IMG/VR virus record: IMGVR_UViG_3300045988_168437
Source: a virus
Direction: 5' to 3' (one strand)
DNA: 64,000 nucleotides
Position numbers and translations under genes: made by a program. The notes under the pieces are model-generated. The model was not told the origin of the DNA and did no database searches. It was given only the letters and a program-made list of their open reading frames with translations. Shown piece after piece: positions 8,316 to 14,426 of this stretch (within the stretch, counting starts at the first letter, position 1; every line of letters starts with the position of its first letter).

Positions 8316-8321
8316 ATGATA

Positions 8322-8338
8322 GGGACTTTAGAAGTCCC
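8322..8338 (+). other. conserved hairpin upstream of the HDV-like cleavage site
   Basis: GGGACTTTAGAAGTCCC. Confidence 0.7.
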
Positions 8339-8342
8339 GTAT

Positions 8343-8403
8343 GGTTCTAGTTGTTGGTAGCCTTCCCGTGGCGGAACTGAATTCGACTAATTTTAACCAA
8401 CAA
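8343..8403 (+). ncRNA. HDV-like self-cleaving ribozyme candidate D
   Basis: P1 GGUUCU/GGAACU. P2 UUGUUGGU/ACCAACAA, which covaries with copy A. P3-L3 GCC-UUCCCGU-GGC, then GA, then GACUAA. Predicted cut 8342|8343. Confidence 0.75.
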
Positions 8404-8426
8404 AAATGATAGTAAAGGGGATAAAG

Positions 8427-8909
8427 ATGATGATAAAAAGATTACCAGAAACAAGTTTAATGACTATTAAGGCAATGATAAGAGAATATAGCGAAGTTGA
8501 GACAATAGTTATTAATGAAGTGGATAACTACTGGAATGATAGATGTAAGCAAATATATCAAGCTCCAGGGACTTCTTTAGAAGTCGATATATATCAAGGT
8601 ACTTGTAAAATCAATATCCATGATAGAGAATTGATGGTAAGAAGTTTATATGATGAAGCGAATAAATCAACAGATAGTGTATTTCTTGACTCTGAGCGTC
8701 ATTGTATACAAGGTATGTATGCTCATAGAAAAGATGATATGTTTGAAATTTATTTAAAAGCATACATTAGATGTATTGAAGAATATATCTCTAATATGCA
8801 GCATGTATTTGACAAATATTCTCTAGCAACTTGGATACAAAATCATCCTGACAACTTCAACAAGTGGGCAGTAGATGAAGACACTTGCGAATTTTTCAGA
8901 ATGATATAA
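8427..8909 (+). CDS. hypothetical protein
   Basis: Start moved to the ATGATG at 8427, after AAAGGGGATAAAG. The track start at 8406 lies just after the ribozyme and lacks an SD. Confidence 0.7.
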   Translation: MMIKRLPETSLMTIKAMIREYSEVETIVINEVDNYWNDRCKQIYQAPGTSLEVDIYQGTCKINIHDRELMVRSLYDEANKSTDSVFLDSERHCIQGMYAHRKDDMFEIYLKAYIRCIEEYISNMQHVFDKYSLATWIQNHPDNFNKWAVDEDTCEFFRMI

Positions 8910-8914
8910 ATGAT

Positions 8915-8931
8915 GGGACTTTTAAAGTCCC
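8915..8931 (+). other. conserved hairpin upstream of the HDV-like cleavage site
   Basis: GGGACTTTTAAAGTCCC. Confidence 0.7.
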
Positions 8932-8936
8932 TATAT

Positions 8937-8999
8937 GGTAGTAATTGGTTCGCCTCCACGTGGCACTACTGGAAACGAGTTTACTCGGCTAAGAGTCAA
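8937..8999 (+). ncRNA. HDV-like self-cleaving ribozyme candidate E
   Basis: P1 GGUAGU/ACUACU. P3-L3 GCC-UCCACGU-GGC, then GG. P4 CGAG-UUUA-CUCG, then GCUAAG. P2 UUGGUU/AGUCAA (two G-U pairs). Predicted cut 8936|8937. Confidence 0.7.
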
Positions 9000-9018
9000 A
9001 AAAGAAGGGATAAAAAAG

Positions 9019-9339
9019 ATGATAAAAAAGATTGAAGAAAAAATTAAAGAATTGGGTTTCGTTGTAGGTTGTTACAACGATAAAATTGATGACATTTTAA
9101 CTCCAGGAGCAGCTCGTAAAGTTTGTGGGTTACTAGAAGAAGAATACACAGACGAATTGATGCGAATTAGAGGTAAACTATATAAAGTCTGTATAGCAAC
9201 TGTTGACGATGAAAAAGATATCAATATATATCATGCATTAGACTATTATAGACAATACGGAGAAGAACATCTGGATAATGACTATGAAGAAAAAATGATG
9301 ACATTAAAGGAATATAGAGCATTGAAAAAGATGGTATAA
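9019..9339 (+). CDS. hypothetical protein (106 aa)
   Basis: Start moved to the ATG at 9019, after AGAAGGGATAAAAAAG. The track start at 8935 lies inside the ribozyme. Confidence 0.7.
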   Translation: MIKKIEEKIKELGFVVGCYNDKIDDILTPGAARKVCGLLEEEYTDELMRIRGKLYKVCIATVDDEKDINIYHALDYYRQYGEEHLDNDYEEKMMTLKEYRALKKMV

Positions 9340-9340
9340 A

Positions 9341-9430
9341 ACAAATTCGAAACAAAGGACCATGGAGTAATTCATGGTCCTTTGTCTGTAAGCAATAGGC
9401 TACTTATACTGACGAGATAGCCTGTTGCTA
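9341..9430 (+). ncRNA. type II hammerhead ribozyme candidate HH2
   Basis: UUCGAAAC; stem III AAAGGACCAUG/CAUGGUCCUUU; GUC (cut 9386|9387); stem I UGUAAG/CUUAUA; CUGACGAG. Loop I CAAUAGGCUA pairs with downstream UAGCCUGUUG. Confidence 0.8.
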
Positions 9431-9456
9431 AAAATGATGATAAAAAGGGGATAAGA

Positions 9457-9744
9457 ATGATGAGAGAACATGCAATATATAAAGATTATATCAGATATAT
9501 AGGAGATGGATTTAATTTTTCAGAATTATATTCATATGAAGATGGTAAAGAATTACATTTCAATAAATTTATGGATTATTGGGAAGACTCTAAAACTGGT
9601 AGATTTTATCGTTGGAAAAATTCAAAAGATGATAAAATTATAAAGGAATGTCATGAAGAAACACTTGATTATTTTGGATTTAAATCTAGTCGACTAAATG
9701 ATGATAAAGAATCTTTAAAAGATGAAGAATATCTACCATTCTAA
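9457..9744 (+). CDS. hypothetical protein (95 aa)
   Basis: ORF track with AAAAGGGGATAAGA SD context. Confidence 0.7.
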   Translation: MMREHAIYKDYIRYIGDGFNFSELYSYEDGKELHFNKFMDYWEDSKTGRFYRWKNSKDDKIIKECHEETLDYFGFKSSRLNDDKESLKDEEYLPF

Positions 9745-9746
9745 TG

Positions 9747-9829
9747 AAGGTAATAAATTCGAAACAAGGACTAAGGTCCTTGTCTGTAAATGATAGGCTC
9801 TTTATACTGACGAGATAGCCTATTACCTT
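9747..9829 (+). ncRNA. type II hammerhead ribozyme candidate HH3
   Basis: Closing helix AAGGUAAU/AUUACCUU; UUCGAAAC; stem III AAGGAC/GUCCUU; GUC (cut 9784|9785); stem I UGUAAA/UUUAUA; CUGACGAG. Loop I AUAGGCU pairs with downstream AGCCUAU. Confidence 0.85.
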
Positions 9830-9856
9830 TACAATAGAAATGAAAGGGGATTAAAG

Positions 9857-10411
9857 ATGATGATGGGAAAATTAGTAAACTTAAGTGACTTTGAATTAAA
9901 TAGAGAAAATGCAAAAATGATACTTGAAAACAATAGTGAGTTTAGACAAGTTTTAATTGATGAATTATTTGAAAATGAAATTGATTATTATTGTTCAGAA
10001 ATATTAGAAAAAATACCTGAAATAAGTTGGAATATCAATTATTCAGATGTTAGAATATGGACTAAGTTTGGTTCTAATGTTATTAACATAATTGAAGGTA
10101 TATTTGATATTGACGAATATCTTACAGAAAACTGTAATATCATAATCAGTAAATTAAAAGTTTATCATAAATATCTGACTACTTGTTGTCAATATGATAA
10201 TAGATGGGATAGATTAATTGCTAGAACTGAAAAATTAGTTGACGATTTATTGAATGAACTTGAGCAAATGATAGGAACATATTTAGAAGCGATTAACGAT
10301 GATGATGACGAAATAATCGAATATTGTATAAGTTCAATGGAAGGGATTATATGTTCTACAATTTATATAAATCCTAAAACATTAGATTTATACGAATTAA
10401 AGCATTTATAA
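9857..10411 (+). CDS. acidic hypothetical protein, paralogue of 7480-8028
   Basis: See the 7480 entry. AAAGGGGATTAAAG SD context. Confidence 0.75.
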   Translation: MMMGKLVNLSDFELNRENAKMILENNSEFRQVLIDELFENEIDYYCSEILEKIPEISWNINYSDVRIWTKFGSNVINIIEGIFDIDEYLTENCNIIISKLKVYHKYLTTCCQYDNRWDRLIARTEKLVDDLLNELEQMIGTYLEAINDDDDEIIEYCISSMEGIICSTIYINPKTLDLYELKHL

Positions 10412-10413
10412 TA

Positions 10414-10442
10414 TTGACAGTTTTACACAAAAGTGATACTAT
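10414..10442 (+). promoter_or_regulatory. internal sigma-70-type promoter
   Basis: TTGACA, 17 nt spacer, TACTAT. Confidence 0.6.
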
Positions 10443-10448
10443 TAAATC

Positions 10449-10530
10449 AAGGGGAGTAATCCCCTTCCTAATGCAGTAGCTAAAAGCTAGAGGTCGCAAC
10501 TCCTCATAAAACATATGCAGAGCGGGAAAA
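10449..10530 (+). ncRNA. unclassified structured leader (three hairpins) in a slot otherwise occupied by ribozymes
   Basis: AAGGGGA-GUAA-UCCCCUU, UAGCU-AAA-AGCUA, and GAGG-UCGCAACU-CCUC. I cannot match it to a known core. Confidence 0.3.
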
Positions 10531-10545
10531 TGAAAGGGGATAAAG

Positions 10546-10992
10546 ATGATGAAAATAAAAGAATTATATGAAAACATTAGTAACTGTTTAGATTGGATTA
10601 AAATCAACAATAGTGACTTAAAAGACATATTTGAAGGTGCTAAAGCATTAAGAAGAGGAATTCAAGTCTTAGAATATGATAAAGCAATGATAGGTAAAAT
10701 TGATGATAACTATTTTATTTCAGATTTTATTATGAATATTCTTAAAAAGAATCTTCCAGAGTATCAATTAAGTTTAGGCATAATTGACGATGTTTTAGAA
10801 GAACTAGACATAGATGATGATACTTTAGAAGAATTAGATGAAAGCGAATTTGAAAATCATGTTATAATCAAAAATACTTTCGTAGATGTAAAAGAAGCAA
10901 TTTCTTTTGATGATTACTGGGATTTACCAGATTTTGATAGTCTTTTAAAAATGTTTGAATTTGCAAAAGAAGAAATTGGTTACTTATTATAA
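10546..10992 (+). CDS. very acidic hypothetical protein (148 aa)
   Basis: ORF track with AAAGGGGATAAAG SD context. Confidence 0.7.
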   Translation: MMKIKELYENISNCLDWIKINNSDLKDIFEGAKALRRGIQVLEYDKAMIGKIDDNYFISDFIMNILKKNLPEYQLSLGIIDDVLEELDIDDDTLEELDESEFENHVIIKNTFVDVKEAISFDDYWDLPDFDSLLKMFEFAKEEIGYLL

Positions 10993-11082
10993 GTTTAAAT
11001 TCGAAACAGGTAGTACAGGAAATCCTGTATTGCTTGTCTGTAAGTAATAGGCTACTTATACTGACGAGATAGCCTGAACTTA
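10990..11082 (+). ncRNA. type II hammerhead ribozyme candidate HH4
   Basis: Closing helix UAAGUU/AACUUA; UUCGAAAC; 12-bp stem III AGGUAGUACAGG/CCUGUAUUGCUU; GUC (cut 11038|11039); UGUAAG/CUUAUA; CUGACGAG. Loop I AGGCUA pairs with UAGCCU. Confidence 0.8.
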
Positions 11083-11110
11083 TAAATATGATGATAAAAA
11101 GGGGATAAAG

Positions 11111-11557
11111 ATGATGGCAAAGAGAATTGATATAGTAAGATGTAAAATGGTAAAGGAAAGTTCAGTTAAGTATGAAAAAAGAGTGATAACATCACCTTTT
11201 GATGGCTATATAATAGTAAAAGATTTTCTTGAAGACTTAGACAGAGAACAAGTGATGATGCTTTGTTTAAATAGTAAAAATGAACCTACAAACTTATCTG
11301 TTATAAGTATGGGGACTGTAAATAGTTCATTGATACATCCAAGAGAAGTATTTAAAATAGCAATACTTTCAAATGCTAGTAAAATCATGTTGGCACATAA
11401 TCATCCATCAGGAAATCCAAGTCCTTCTCATGAAGATGAATTAATGACAAAGAGAATCAAAGATTGTGGAGATATGATGGGAATTCAATTATTGGACCAT
11501 ATAATTGTAGGCGATAACACTTATTATAGTTTTAAAGAAAATAATTCAATATTATAA
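11111..11557 (+). CDS. radC: RadC-like JAB/MPN-domain protein
   Basis: HNHPSGNPSPSHED (JAMM-like H-x-H-P-S-G...S-x-x-D motif typical of RadC/DUF2466). 148 aa. Confidence 0.8.
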   Translation: MMAKRIDIVRCKMVKESSVKYEKRVITSPFDGYIIVKDFLEDLDREQVMMLCLNSKNEPTNLSVISMGTVNSSLIHPREVFKIAILSNASKIMLAHNHPSGNPSPSHEDELMTKRIKDCGDMMGIQLLDHIIVGDNTYYSFKENNSIL

Positions 11558-11565
11558 TATTTTAC

Positions 11566-11594
11566 TTGTTATCTTTATACAAAAATGATATAAT
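11566..11594 (+). promoter_or_regulatory. internal sigma-70-type promoter immediately upstream of HDV-like ribozyme F
   Basis: TTGTTA, 17 nt spacer, TATAAT. The predicted TSS is near 11601. Confidence 0.55.
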
Positions 11595-11610
11595 AAGGAT
11601 AGCAAGATAT

Positions 11611-11674
11611 GACGGCAAAGGTTCTTCCTCCCCGTGGTGTCGTCGGGAACTCCTAACAGGTGCTAAATAGAACC
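11611..11674 (+). ncRNA. HDV-like self-cleaving ribozyme candidate F
   Basis: P1 GACGGCA/UGUCGUC. P2 GGUUCU/AGAACC. CC-UCCCCGU-GG, then GG. P4 CUCCU-AAC-AGGUG, then GCUAA. Predicted cut 11610|11611. Confidence 0.75.
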
Positions 11675-11695
11675 AAAAATGAAAGGGGAATAAAG

Positions 11696-12082
11696 ATGAT
11701 GAAAGAATTAAAAAGACTAAATCAAATTGATTTAACAGAAAATCAAACAAAAAAACTCTTAAATAATGATATTTTTAAGGAAAGTGTCATAGACAAACTT
11801 GCTAGTTATTTTAATCATTGTATTTATGAAAAATATGTACTTAATCATATAATTCATTTTGAATGTGAATACAATACAAAAACAAATTTCTTTAAATATA
11901 AAATAGTTGAAGAGAATGATAAAAATCAAGAAGTTTTGGATAACTTAAAAAACGATATAAATAACTATTATCAATATTTGCAAGATAAAAATAGCCTTAA
12001 AGAGAATATAAAAGTCATCGTAAAGAGATTAGATGATAATTATTATGTTGATAATGATTTTAATGTTTATAAAGTTATTTAG
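11696..12082 (+). CDS. hypothetical protein
   Basis: Start moved to the ATGATG at 11696, after AAAGGGGAATAAAG. The track start at 11660 lies inside the ribozyme. Confidence 0.7.
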   Translation: MMKELKRLNQIDLTENQTKKLLNNDIFKESVIDKLASYFNHCIYEKYVLNHIIHFECEYNTKTNFFKYKIVEENDKNQEVLDNLKNDINNYYQYLQDKNSLKENIKVIVKRLDDNYYVDNDFNVYKVI

Positions 12083-12091
12083 GAGGTAAAA

Positions 12092-12358
12092 ATGATGAAA
12101 ACTTTAAATCAAATTGAATGGAAAAATCTGTTAAAAAATATGGATACAGAAGAAGGCAGACAAGAGTTTATAAGCAGAGTACCATCTGGAATATATGGTG
12201 GTAAAAATGAAGACGGAGAAGAAGTTATAACAGTTGTATCTCAAGGATTTGGGATGACAATAAAGACTAAACATCATGAGAAACCAAACTGGTGGGAATG
12301 TGTTGATTATGATGAACTTGGCTGCATGGAATGTGTAACATATGAAAGAGCAGATTAA
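12092..12358 (+). CDS. hypothetical protein (88 aa)
   Basis: ORF track with AGGAGGT SD. Confidence 0.7.
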   Translation: MMKTLNQIEWKNLLKNMDTEEGRQEFISRVPSGIYGGKNEDGEEVITVVSQGFGMTIKTKHHEKPNWWECVDYDELGCMECVTYERAD

Positions 12359-12361
12359 TTA

Positions 12362-12454
12362 GAAGGATAAATTCGAAACAGGTAGAATGAGGCAACTCAT
12401 TTTACTTGTCTATAAGGTTAAGCTACTTATACTGACGAGATAGCTTAATCCTTC
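12362..12454 (+). ncRNA. type II hammerhead ribozyme candidate HH5
   Basis: Closing helix GAAGGAU/AUCCUUC; UUCGAAAC; 12-bp stem III; GUC (cut 12410|12411); stem I UAUAAG/CUUAUA; CUGACGAG. Loop I UUAAGCUA pairs with UAGCUUAA, which covaries relative to the other copies. Confidence 0.85.
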
Positions 12455-12476
12455 AAAATGAAAGGGGATAAAAAAG

Positions 12477-13004
12477 ATGATGAAAAGAGAAAATGTTGTG
12501 AAATTTTTAGATTTATTACGTTCTGATGAAGTTAATGACGAAATAAAAGATTTATATATTGAACTATTAGAAGGACATATTCAAGATGCTCCAGGAACTC
12601 AAATTGAAATTATATTAGACTTAGACGGAGAAATTGATGAAAGATACTTTGTAGGAAATTCAACTAGAATGGATGTATATGAAGGCGATGCAATAGTTGT
12701 AGCAAGTATCAGATATGATGCAAACGTTACTTATGAAGACATGGGAGAATTATCAGATGCTTTAGATGAATCTGAATATGAAAAATTCGTAGAATGGATA
12801 TTTGCATACGAAGATATATCAGAAGATGATGAAAAAGAATATTTCGAAGAAAACTTTACATGGGAAAATTTTTCAGAATTTAATCCTGATAGATTTAAAG
12901 AGCTAGAAGAAGAATCTTGGCAAGCAAATGTTGATTATTACGGATATGAAGAAATTGGGCAAAAATTATCTGAATGTATACAACAATTAGAAACTTTATT
13001 ATAG
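12477..13004 (+). CDS. extremely acidic hypothetical protein (175 aa); DNA-mimic-like composition
   Basis: ORF track with long D/E-rich runs. No motif recognised. Confidence 0.7.
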   Translation: MMKRENVVKFLDLLRSDEVNDEIKDLYIELLEGHIQDAPGTQIEIILDLDGEIDERYFVGNSTRMDVYEGDAIVVASIRYDANVTYEDMGELSDALDESEYEKFVEWIFAYEDISEDDEKEYFEENFTWENFSEFNPDRFKELEEESWQANVDYYGYEEIGQKLSECIQQLETLL

Positions 13005-13020
13005 GGGCAGCAATTGCTCC

Positions 13021-13080
13021 TACTTTAAACCTACCAATGATGGTCCAAAGTCCATATGGAAAAAGGTGATGGGAGTAAAT
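13021..13080 (+). ncRNA. twister ribozyme candidate (type P1) Tw1
   Basis: UACU-U-U|AA; P2 ACCU/AGGU; ACC-AAU-G; P4 AUGG/CCAU with loop UCCAAAGU; A-rich strand; GAU-GGG-AGUA. Same block order as canonical twister. Predicted cut 13026|13027. Preceded by hairpin 13006-13020. Confidence 0.7.
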
Positions 13081-13141
13081 AAAGGCGAAGCTACTAAAAT
13101 ACTCGTCTATATATAAGAGTAGCAATTAAAAGGGGGTAAAA

Positions 13142-13456
13142 ATGAAGGTATATTTAGGGAATGCTTTTAGTTTACAAATGTTAGACACAACAAAGACTAC
13201 AGATATAAAAGTAACACCAGTTGATGCATCAGTTGTAGCAAGTTCAGATTTTACATCAGTTATAGGTCATCCAGATACAGCTGCAGTAGTTTCAAACATC
13301 TTAGGAAAAGACGTAGCTTGTAATAGAGTTTCTGTTAGTTTAAGTAAAGGTGACATTTTATATGTAGCACAAGTTGTTGGTGGCAGACTTCCTGCTGGAG
13401 CTACCACTCTACCAGACGGATTTAGTTTAGTATTTTTAAAAGTTGTCATTCTATAA
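13142..13456 (+). CDS. DUF1874 / STIV-B116-like protein (family assignment from memory)
   Basis: 104 aa. MKVYLGNAFSLQML...SVIGHPDTAAVVSNILG...ILYVAQ resembles that family. Confidence 0.45.
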   Translation: MKVYLGNAFSLQMLDTTKTTDIKVTPVDASVVASSDFTSVIGHPDTAAVVSNILGKDVACNRVSVSLSKGDILYVAQVVGGRLPAGATTLPDGFSLVFLKVVIL

Positions 13457-13521
13457 AAAGGTAGAAGGCTTATAGGAGTGTCTCAAACTCCTACATTATG
13501 TAAATGAAGGGAGAATTAAAA

Positions 13522-13659
13522 ATGAAAGTTAAAAAAGAAATTACAATTGAAGAAGAATTTGAAATACATATGAAAAGCATGGAAGGGCATGTTTGCTATG
13601 GTTGCTCAGGTTGTAAGTTTGCTTACTATGGAGTTTGCCCATATGTTCAAGAGGGTTAA
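13522..13659 (+). CDS. small Cys-rich protein (45 aa, below the ORF-track cutoff)
   Basis: ATG follows GAAGGGAG. Reads MKVKKEITIEEEFEIHMKSMEGHVCYGCSGCKFAYYGVCPYVQEG. Confidence 0.4.
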   Translation: MKVKKEITIEEEFEIHMKSMEGHVCYGCSGCKFAYYGVCPYVQEG

Positions 13660-13665
13660 TCCCTC

Positions 13666-13730
13666 TACTTTAAACTCACTTGACTAAGTCAAAAGGTCCA
13701 AAGTCCTTGAAAAGAGTGATGGGAGTAAAT
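13666..13730 (+). ncRNA. twister ribozyme candidate (type P1, with P3 insert) Tw2
   Basis: Same conserved blocks as Tw1. P2 ACUC/GAGU and P4 AAGG/CCUU both covary. An extra hairpin UGAC-UAA-GUCA sits at the optional-P3 position. Predicted cut 13671|13672. Preceded by hairpin GAGGG-UUAAU-CCCUC. Confidence 0.7.
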
Positions 13731-13747
13731 GAAAGGGGTAAAATGAT

Positions 13748-14023
13748 ATGAATAATTCTATTAAAAGATTAAAAGAAAAATTAATTGGAAAAGAATTCAA
13801 AGAAGAAGATTATAATAAAGAGTTAAATAATCTTGTAAAAGAATTTCATTTAGAGGCAAATACTTGTGATTTTGATTTTGACAGATTATATCACATTGGA
13901 TATGAAGAAAAAGAAAATTGGGATGATGAATATGTTTGTAGTATACAAGTTAATTATATTCCTGTATATGATGAAAATGGATATCATGACTTTGATATCA
14001 TAAAAATATTTGATGTGTTTTAA
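13748..14023 (+). CDS. hypothetical protein (91 aa)
   Basis: ORF track with AAAGGGGTAAAATG context. Confidence 0.65.
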   Translation: MNNSIKRLKEKLIGKEFKEEDYNKELNNLVKEFHLEANTCDFDFDRLYHIGYEEKENWDDEYVCSIQVNYIPVYDENGYHDFDIIKIFDVF

Positions 14024-14053
14024 TATAATTAAATCATATAGGGAGGTATGAAA

Positions 14054-14221
14054 ATGAGAACTTACTTAGCAGATTATGAAGACGATAATTTTGAAACAAT
14101 AATAGCGAATACAGATAATGAAGCTTACTTTGAAGCTCTTGACCATGAAGAAGAACATGGGACTTTATATAATCTTTTTGAAATTGATGATGACTACAAT
14201 AAAATAAGAGAAGTTAAATAG
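14054..14221 (+). CDS. small acidic protein (55 aa, below the ORF-track cutoff)
   Basis: ATG sits 7 nt after GGGAGGT. Reads MRTYLADYEDDNFETIIANTDNEAYFEALDHEEEHG... and its stop abuts HH6. Confidence 0.5.
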   Translation: MRTYLADYEDDNFETIIANTDNEAYFEALDHEEEHGTLYNLFEIDDDYNKIREVK

Positions 14222-14296
14222 AAGGCAAAATTCGAAACCGTGGTGGTCCACGGTCTGTAAGCAATAGGCTACTTATACTGACGAGATAGCCTTGCC
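14221..14296 (+). ncRNA. type II hammerhead ribozyme candidate HH6
   Basis: Closing helix GGCAA/UUGCC; UUCGAAAC; stem III CGUGG/CCACG; GUC (cut 14255|14256); UGUAAG/CUUAUA; CUGACGAG. Loop I AGGCUA pairs with UAGCCU. Confidence 0.8.
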
Positions 14297-14426
14297 AACA
14301 ATAAAAAGGAAGGTAAGATAAAATAGCTATCAAGAACTCGTGAAAACGGGTGTTGAATAAATTATCATTTTGGGAGAGGGTTGCCCTCTCCTATCCCCAA
14401 TATAAATGGGAGAGAGGAGTATAATA

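Noticed and set aside
8935-9018. N-terminal extensions of track ORFs (8935-, 11660-, 8406-, 6188-, 14848-, 21791-, 36572-, 40277-, 48012-) that read through ribozymes, promoters or upstream genes
   Set aside because: In each case an in-frame ATG further downstream is preceded by the conserved AAAGGGGA/GGAGG SD. The extension overlaps a structured RNA or another gene, or uses TTG/GTG without an SD. Starts were moved accordingly.
13473-13493. Hairpin TAGGAGT-GTCTCAA-ACTCCTA between ORF 13142 and the small ORF 13522, considered as a ribozyme
   Set aside because: It is a simple hairpin with no conserved core and no second copy. It may be a processing or stability element.
14372-14391. GC-rich hairpin GGGAGAGGG-TTG-CCCTCTCC as a terminator or extra ribozyme between HH6 and ORF 14427
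   Set aside because: No U-tract follows on either strand, and no ribozyme core motif was found nearby. It is left as an unexplained stable hairpin in the spacer.
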